Positions 56,931 to 64,000 of a stretch of DNA of 64,000 nucleotides are shown here, piece after piece. The stretch lies in the NCBI GenBank assembly GCA_963775955.1, contig CAVZKT010000002.1, positions 292,944 to 356,943 on the forward strand. The letters are read 5' to 3'. Below the pieces are notes generated by a model. That model did no database searches. It had not been told where the DNA came from and worked only from the letters and a program-made list of their open reading frames with translations. The stretch comes from Candidatus Moraniibacteriota bacterium. GTDB lineage: Bacteria > Patescibacteriota > Minisyncoccia > Moranbacterales > UBA2206. The stretch's first letter is position 1. Every line of letters starts with the position of its first letter. The position numbers were made by a program, and so were the translations under genes.

Positions 56931-57881
56931 ATGAAATTAGTTGTTAATATCCCCGCTTTTAACGAAGAAGAAAAACTGGCTGATACTATTAAAAGCATCC
57001 CCCGGCAATTTAACGGAATTGATGAGGTTTTTGTGCAAGTTATTGATGACGGTTCACAAGACAAAACCGCGCAGATTGCCCGGGAATCCGGAGCTAGTTT
57101 TATTCATTCTCATCGCGCCAACCGCGGAATCGGAATTACTTTCCGAACGGCGGTGGAAAAAGCGCTGCGCAACGGCGCGGACATTATGGTCAATATTGAC
57201 GCAGACGGCCAATTTGACTGCGCGGATATTGAGAAGCTGGTGCGGCCGATTTTCAGGGGCGAAGCTGATATGGTGAGCGCCGATCGGTTTAGTGAAAAAA
57301 CCGCTCAAAATATTCCATGGATAAAGAGCTTTCTTAATCGTATTGCCGCCTGGGTTATCGGACGGTTTATGAATACCAAAATTCATGATTTAACTTGCGG
57401 ATTTCGGGCTTATAGCCGCGAAGCGCTGCTGCGCCTGAACTTGCCGGGAGATTTCACCTACACCCAGGAGGTAATCATTGATCTTCTTGGAAAAAATCTC
57501 AAAATAAAATGGATTCCGGTTGACGTTAAATATTTTTCCGAAAGAAAGTCCCGGGTTGTGCGCAGCGTTTATCATTATGTGAACAACAGTTTTAAAATAA
57601 TTTTGAAAGCCATCCGCGATGTGCGCCCGATGAAATTTTTTGGAATTCCGGGGTTATTCTTGATTTTCTTATCGCTTATTTCTTTTGGCATCTTTCTCTA
57701 TAATTACTTCCTGGATTTTAAAATAACGCCGCATCGCAATTATCTGATTTTCGGCATCGCGCTGTTTCTGGTCGGTCTCCAGTTTGTCGTTTTCGCGCTG
57801 ATAGCGGACATGATCAAATCCAACCGCAAATTGACGGAAGACCAGATGTATTTGTTTAAAAAGGAAAAATATAAAAAATAG
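56931..57881 (+). CDS. GT2 glycosyltransferase (polyprenol-phosphate sugar transferase-like) with C-terminal TM helices
   Basis: NIPAFNEE, VIDDGSQD, DADGQ; 316 aa. Confidence 0.8.
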   Translation: MKLVVNIPAFNEEEKLADTIKSIPRQFNGIDEVFVQVIDDGSQDKTAQIARESGASFIHSHRANRGIGITFRTAVEKALRNGADIMVNIDADGQFDCADIEKLVRPIFRGEADMVSADRFSEKTAQNIPWIKSFLNRIAAWVIGRFMNTKIHDLTCGFRAYSREALLRLNLPGDFTYTQEVIIDLLGKNLKIKWIPVDVKYFSERKSRVVRSVYHYVNNSFKIILKAIRDVRPMKFFGIPGLFLIFLSLISFGIFLYNYFLDFKITPHRNYLIFGIALFLVGLQFVVFALIADMIKSNRKLTEDQMYLFKKEKYKK

Positions 57882-57886
57882 TTTTT

Positions 57887-59001
57887 ATGAAAATTTTATA
57901 TCTTTCTCATACTTTTCCGCCGACATTTGGCGGACTGGAAAGGCAGAATTATTACCTGTCGGAAGGCTTAAAAAAATACGCGGAGGTTAAAGTTATTGCC
58001 AATACGAAAGGGAAAAAATGGCTGCCGATTTTTTTGCCTCTAGCGTTTTTAAAGTCTCTTTTTTTAATGCCGTCGTTTGACATTTGTCTTGCGGGAAGCG
58101 GAGTGCTCTCCCCATCGGAGCGGTCCTTAAAATAATTTATCCGCGAAAAAAAATTTTCAGCACCGTGCATGGCCTGGACATAACCTTCATTCATAATGCC
58201 GGAATTCTTTCCAAAATATACAAACATATAAACGTTCCCGCCATGAAAAAAATTGATAAACTCTTTATGGTTGGCAATCACACGATTGATGAAGCGGAAA
58301 AAATTGGCATTAGCCGAAATCATTGCGTTTTTATTCCCAATGGTATTATTTTGGAAGAACTAAAAGCAACCGGCTCGCGTGAAGATATGGCTAAGATTTT
58401 AGGAATTGATATTACGGACAAGAAAATTATTTTGCGGATTGCGCGGTTTGTTCCCCACAAAGGTGTTGAATGGTTTTTACGAAACGTTTTGCCAAAACTT
58501 CCGGAAAATTATTTTTTTACAGCTGTGGGCGGGAGAATTTCGGCGAGAGCCGCTGGCAACAAGGATATTTATCCTGCTTGCGAGCAAGCCATTAAAGAAC
58601 TGGGTCTCGAAAATCGGGCCAAGTTGATCACGGACATTCCTGAAAGCGACAAGCTGGTTCTTCTTAATTGCGCGGATCTCTATATTTCGCCCAATGTTAA
58701 GGTTGTTGGCTATATGGAGGGGTTCGGCATCACAGCTATTGAAGGCGCGGCTTGCGGAAGAGTTGTTTTAGCGTCGGATATTGAGGGGCTCAAAGACGCT
58801 ATCATCAACGGCGCGAACGGATTTTTAGTTGAGCATGAAAACGCTCCGGCGTGGATTTCAAAAATCAATGAAGTTTTGGCGGACGACAAGTTTCGCGAAG
58901 AATTCGGCCAAAAAGCCCGGCAGTATGTTTTGGATAATTTTACCTGGGATAAAATTGCTTTAAAATATTTAGAAGAGATAAAATCGGTAATTTCAAATTA
59001 A
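57887..59001 (+). pseudogene. GT4-family glycosyltransferase with one -1 frameshift near 58110
   Basis: ORF 57887..58135 (MKILYLSHTFPPTFGGLE..) continues in ORF 58084..59001 (..EGFGITAIEGAACGRVV..). Confidence 0.75.
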
Positions 59002-59015
59002 AGGTGACATAAATA

Positions 59016-60957
59016 ATGCTTGAATTTATATATAACCAAATATTGTTTTATATCTCACTGGCCATAGTATTGTTTTTGCCCGGTTATTTTTTGTTGCTGG
59101 CTATTTTCGGCAAAAGCGGAAAACTTTCAAGCCTGGAAAAGTTTGTTTTGTCTTTCGGGCTAAGTATAATAATCACAGACATCCTGCTTATTTTTCTGAA
59201 TAAGTTTGGCATAATCATTAATAGAATTTCCCTGCTGGCGTCTCTAGGACTGTTTTTTCTTATTTGTTATTTAATTTACTATTTGCGTCGGAAAAAATAT
59301 GAGGTTGAAGAAACTGAATCAAGGCATAGCGGATATTCACGATTTCAGATATTGGCGATTGTTCTGATTATTCTTACTAGTATTTTTTTCCGCACCGCGC
59401 ATCTGGCGAAAAATATAACACCGAGCGCGACCGATCTGGGGCACCATATGTTCTGGGTGGAAAAGATCATCCAAACCGGAAAAATTTCCGACTTTCAAAA
59501 AGTTGACATTATTCAAAACGATGGGCATTACAGCATCAGCGAACCGGTGAAGATTGATGATTTTATCATTGGTGAGCATTTAATTTTTGCCGCGGTCGGA
59601 CTGATTTCCGGGGCAAGCGTTATCTCCACATTCCCGGTTATTGTTTTGTTTTTGATAAACATCATAGGTCTCCTGGCCGTCTTTATCCTGGCCAAAGTTT
59701 TTTTTAATTATCTTCCTTATGGAAAAACTATTCCAATACTTTCAATTTTATTCTTGGGCGTCCTTTACGCCCTTTCGGCTCCCCAGGCGAATTACATAAG
59801 CGGCGGGGTAATCGGAAACTTGATTGGAAATCTTTTTGCGCCAATGGCGTTCTATCTGCTATTCCGCGCTATCAAAGAAAATAACCCGCCATTTTTCGCA
59901 CTTGGCCTCTTGACTATTTTTGGCCTGGCTTATACCCATCACTTGAGCGCTTTTATTTTCGGCTTCGCGCTTGCTTTTTCTTTGCTTTTTCTGGCAGCGA
60001 TAAAAAGAAAAGAAATAATCGGAGAATTAAAAGAAAATATCCTCGCTTATTTTTTCGGCTCCAGTCGTTTCAATTCTGCTTTTTTGCGGACTGTTTTTCT
60101 TTTTTATCCACATGCCGGCTTATATAGAAAACCAGGCCGTCAAAAGCGTAATTGGCGATCCGTCAAGGACAACCAAAGAAGGACTGGCTTTCAGCCAGTT
60201 GCAATCCGTGGCCGGCGAGAGCCGCCTAATTCTGGGAATTGTCGGCATTGTTTTGCTGTTAGCCGGCGCTAAAAAATATCCTTATCAGAGCGCGATAATT
60301 TCCGGCTGGTTTTTTTCCATTTTTATTCTGTCGTGGAAGCCAACCCTTTTTCATATTGACATCCCCTCTTCCCGGATCGGAAATTATTTGATTTTTCCGG
60401 CGGTTCTGGCCGGCGCTTTTGCTGTCAGCTGGTTTTTTGCGAAATATATTTATGATCATCAAGCGGGCAAGATATATTTAGGCAAAAAATTATTTCTGAC
60501 TGTTGTGGCCCTTGTCTTTTTATATGTGCTAACCAGCGGACTTTTTGATGCTAATCAGTCGCTCGGAACCCCGCCATCCGGCAAAAAAGCCGTAGAAACA
60601 TTCGCGCTTTCGCGCTATCTGTCCGAGCGGATAAATTCCAAAGACGTGATTCTCAAGGATCATAACTATGTCCCGGCTGATTCCTGGATGAAAGTGTTTT
60701 TTTTGCGCGATTACAATTTCCCTTTTACCCGCGGACTTTTTTTCCGCTATTCCGGATCACAGAAGCGGGAAATGTGCACGCTTTGGATGATTTCGACGCC
60801 CAACTCGCCGGACGCTAAAAAGTGCTTTGCCGAAACCGGCGTGGATTTTATCGTCGTCAATCCTAATTATGACAGCGCCCAATTCAAAGATACAAAGAGG
60901 TTTTGGAGGGTTTACGCTTCGGACGCGGTGGATGCCTATTATTATCCCAATAATTAA
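59016..60957 (+). pseudogene. polytopic membrane protein, putative ArnT/PMT-like glycosyltransferase, one +1 frameshift
   Basis: ORFs 59016..60272 and 60112..60957 overlap in adjacent frames; more than 10 TM helices plus a C-terminal soluble domain. Confidence 0.45.
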
Positions 60958-60967
60958 ATTTTATGAA

Positions 60968-61070
60968 CCCCGTTAGAGTTTTTACAAAGCTGACTGGGTA
61001 AAATAAATAAGTAATATATTTTTCAAGTTTTATTATTTAAAGTAATAAGCTTGTAAAAACTCTAACGGGG
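60968..61070 (+). mobile_element. 103-bp palindromic MITE-like element (CCCCGTTAGAGTTTTTACAA ... TTGTAAAAACTCTAACGGGG) splitting a start codon
   Basis: 20-bp perfect TIR; 4-bp direct repeat TGAA at 60964-60967 and 61071-61074; shares the internal CTGACTGGGT(T)AAAATAAA with the porB copy. Confidence 0.75.
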
Positions 61071-61432
61071 TGAACAGCAATAAAACAATAGTCATTTTTA
61101 CGGTTATTTTTTTTCTGGCTAGCGCTTTGTTTCTGGCCTATACTGAAAATCGGCAATCAAACGAAAATCTGCAAAAAGATTGGTGGGTTTTATCCTTTAA
61201 TGATCCTAAAAGCGAAGATTTGAAATTTACCGTTGAAAATCATAGCAATGAAAACAATTTCCATTGGGAAATTTTAGTTGGCAAAAAAAAGACGCAGGAA
61301 GGTGATATAAAAATATTAAAAGGCTCCTCTTGGACATCCAATGTCCAATTAGATAACTTATCGGGAAAAATCATCATCAGAGTTTCCAGCGGATCAGACA
61401 AAAAAGAGATATATAAGAGTTTTAACAAATAG
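61070..61432 (+). CDS. membrane-anchored hypothetical protein
   Basis: 120-aa ORF; GTG start regenerated by the element; N-terminal TM helix. Confidence 0.55.
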   Translation: MNSNKTIVIFTVIFFLASALFLAYTENRQSNENLQKDWWVLSFNDPKSEDLKFTVENHSNENNFHWEILVGKKKTQEGDIKILKGSSWTSNVQLDNLSGKIIIRVSSGSDKKEIYKSFNK

Positions 61433-61447
61433 CTTAAATAAGCCACG

Positions 61448-62590
61448 ATGAATGAGCTAAAAACCGAAGGAAATGTAAAAAAGAAGATTTTACTGGTCAC
61501 CCGCCCCATTGCTCCGCCGTGGGATGAGGCTTCCAAAAACTTCGCTTATAACTTGGCGATGAATCTGCCGGACTTTGAATTCGGTCTGCTTACAAACGGA
61601 ATTTTGCGAAATTTGCCGAAAAATATTATTCAACATCCGATTTATACTTCCAATAAGAACAATTTTATTCAAAAGCTGGGACTAATTATAAATCTGAGAA
61701 AAATAAGCCGCCAGTTTGAAATAGTCCACTGTTTGTTTACGCCGGCTAAAGTCAATTCTTTTTTGTTAAATAACTTGTTAAGCAATAAAAAATCGAAAAC
61801 TATTCAAACCATTGCCACTCTTCGCGAAGATTTGTATTCTGATAATGAATTAAGAAAACTGGTGTTTGCCGATAAAATTGTTACTTATTCAAAATATGCC
61901 AAAGAAAAATTAAATAATCTCGGCCTGAATAATATTGAGCAAATTTATCCGGGAATTGATCTGGCTTATTACTCTCCTGCTCCCAAAGATGCGGAACTGC
62001 TCAGAAAGTATGAATTAAAAATCACGGACTTTATCGTTACTTTTCCTGGCGAATACACCCGCTTGGGCGCAGCTGATGATATTGCCAACATGATTTTGAA
62101 GTATTTAGATGTATTTAAACAAAACAGCATCAAGTTTATTCTGGCCTGCCGGCTGAAAAATACCGGAGATATTCTGAAAAAAGAAGAAATAATGGAAAAA
62201 ATAAAAAACAAGGGAATTTCTGACATAGTTGTTTTTATTAATACTTTTTCGGATATGGCCAAGCTTTATAATCTAAGCGACGCGATTATTTTTCCGGTGC
62301 GCGAGATGTATGGAAAATTTGATGTGCCGTTGGCCGCCATTGAACCGATGGCCTGCGAAAAACCGGTCATTATTTCCAATCTGCCGATACTTTCGGAATT
62401 CGCAAGGCCGGAACATTCTGTTATCATTGAAAAAGGCAATATTGAACAGTTGAAAAACGCGATTTTAGATTTACATGATAATCCTGATAAGAGAGCGGCC
62501 ATTGGAAAAAATGCCAGAAAATTTGCGGCCGAAAATTTTGACATAAAAAAGGCGGCTCAAAATTATAGGGAAATTTACAATGGATTATAA
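61448..62590 (+). CDS. GT4-family glycosyltransferase
   Basis: 380-aa ORF; GT-B fold features; ..AAIEPMACEKPVII.. Confidence 0.7.
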   Translation: MNELKTEGNVKKKILLVTRPIAPPWDEASKNFAYNLAMNLPDFEFGLLTNGILRNLPKNIIQHPIYTSNKNNFIQKLGLIINLRKISRQFEIVHCLFTPAKVNSFLLNNLLSNKKSKTIQTIATLREDLYSDNELRKLVFADKIVTYSKYAKEKLNNLGLNNIEQIYPGIDLAYYSPAPKDAELLRKYELKITDFIVTFPGEYTRLGAADDIANMILKYLDVFKQNSIKFILACRLKNTGDILKKEEIMEKIKNKGISDIVVFINTFSDMAKLYNLSDAIIFPVREMYGKFDVPLAAIEPMACEKPVIISNLPILSEFARPEHSVIIEKGNIEQLKNAILDLHDNPDKRAAIGKNARKFAAENFDIKKAAQNYREIYNGL

Positions 62591-63903
62591 CTTTGAAAAT
62601 TTATCTCCATTCAGAAAAGAAATAAAAACCGGAATTATGAAAGTGCCGGCAATTTTATTTTCCTCTGAAAATACCTTGTTGCGCGGAGAAACATTGAAAC
62701 AAATTGAAAAAATAGCCGAAAACCAAAAACTTTTCCATCACATCGCCGTTTTGAGCGACGCGCATCCAAAGCCGAATATCATCAATCCCACCGGGTCGGT
62801 AATTGCTTCGGAAAAAGATATTATTCCGGAAGCCATTGACGCTGCTCCCAACTGCGGCATGCGCGTAATTTTAACAGATCTTTCCGGGCAGGAGCTGACA
62901 AAAGAAAAAATATCGAAACTATTTACCGACCTCCGCTTGGCTATTCCTTCTAAAAAACTCATAGGCGCTCGCATATCTTTCCAAAAAGTATTGGAAATAT
63001 TCAGAAATGGAAGCTTGGCGCTGAAAGATACCTTCAATTTCCGCACCGTGAATGAAATTGAAAATACTTACAAAAATGGCAATTTTTTCGGAGCTGACAA
63101 TTTGCCGTTGGAAAAAGACATTTTGGATTCACTGCCTAAATCAATTATTCGCATCGGCAAATACCGTCTGGGGCTTCTGGGCGCGACTAAAAGCCATTTT
63201 CTTTGTTTGATGCGCGTCGCTTTAATCAAGGACGACCAAATGGCAAAAATGCTTGGCATCAAGCAGGGGCAATATGTTTTTTTTATGCATACGGGTTCCA
63301 GTATTGTCGGACGCTATGCCGCTTCACTTTTTACTTCGCGCAAGATAAAAAGTTTGTCGCAAAGAATAATTCTGTCAGTGTTAAAATTGACAACGTCAAA
63401 AGTTAAGCCGAATAATCTCGAAGCCGTTTTTCGCGCCGTCAGCAATTATGGTTTTGCCAACCGGACGCTTATAACGCACAAACTTGATAAGGCTCTGGAA
63501 AAAGTTTTTGGGCGCCAGGATAATCTAGAACTTCTCTATGATGCTCCGCATGTTTATTTTGACCGGGAAAACCACTTTGAAAAGGAAGTTGTTGATCCAT
63601 CGAAACGGCGCGAACCGCGCCTATGGGCCGCAAAAAATGAGCGGGCATGGCGTATTTCAAAAAACCGGCGAGCCGGTGCTGATTGCGCCTTTTGCCGGCG
63701 GATTCGGCTATATCGGTGTGGGCACGGATGAGAACACGGAAACTTTTTTTTCCGCCAACCATGAAGTTGGAAAAATTAAAGATTTAGATATTCAGCCTGG
63801 CCAATATGAAAGTTATGCGGCCGGTGTTATCAAAGAAATGGAGGAAAATAAAATTATCAAACTTGTCGCCAAATTAGAAACAATTAAAACGCTAACTTAC
63901 TAA
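62580..63903 (+). pseudogene. divergent RtcB-family RNA ligase homolog with one +1 frameshift near 63590
   Basis: AVLSDAHPKP, APNCGMRVI, FFMHTGSSIVG, NYGFANR, LLYDAPHVYFDRENH, then IHRNGANRA, GEPVLIAPFAGGFGY, SANHEVGK in the frame of ORF 63538..63903. Confidence 0.65.
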
Positions 63904-63952
63904 CTGTCCCGCAGCCAATTCCAATAAAGTTCCGATGTGAGGGAGAATTTTA

Positions 63953-64000
63953 TTTGCGAATTCGCCTGCGGCTAAATTTAGATAAAAGATTAAATTTAAA
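63953..64000. repeat. dispersed repeat copy B (TTTGCGAATTCGCCTGCGGCTAAATTTAGATAAAAGATTAAATTTAAA)
   Basis: Matches 28-43 plus 85-120 at the other window edge. Confidence 0.7.

Overview
AT-rich, gene-dense window that looks like a small-genome CPR/Patescibacteria-type bacterial chromosome; that assignment is inference from gene content and compact operons. Most of it is housekeeping: mraY; lower glycolysis pgk-eno-gpmI; ADP-forming acetyl-CoA synthetase; four-subunit pyruvate:ferredoxin oxidoreductase porGDAB; recJ, rnhA, prfB, ftsEX, obg, fmt-def-priA, gltX, iscSU, pyrG, rplI and rpmA; a MacAB-like ABC exporter; and a cell-envelope glycosylation cluster at about 48.7-62.6 kb. No rRNA, CRISPR array, transposase or phage genes were seen. 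Four observations go beyond routine annotation. (1) At two loci a complete canonical tRNA (Thr-CGU, Gln-CUG) lies inside a second tRNA-like gene whose acceptor, D-arm and T-arm halves are 150-200 nt apart. Each locus sits behind its own TTGATT-N17 promoter, and the two share an internal GC-rich motif. (2) A family of about 100-bp palindromic MITE-like elements (ends CCCCGTTAGAG/CTCTAACGGGG) is flanked by 4-bp direct repeats. They split start codons, leaving the old ATG driving a short uORF and a regenerated GTG in front of the gene (porB, ctpA, one hypothetical). Changes in one arm are mirrored in the other between copies. An unrelated element does the same with a TATG duplication, and a related GTTAAAT hairpin class sits just upstream of three small membrane-protein genes. 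(3) In-frame tandem heptanucleotide repeats are embedded in porA, priA (twice), iscS and gltX. (4) About 24 frameshifts or in-frame stops interrupt conserved genes, about 18 of them +1 (extra base). Assembly indels are the most likely cause, but this needs read-level checking. The natural prfB +1 site is also present. All calls come from reading the sequence and the ORF track; no database search was run.
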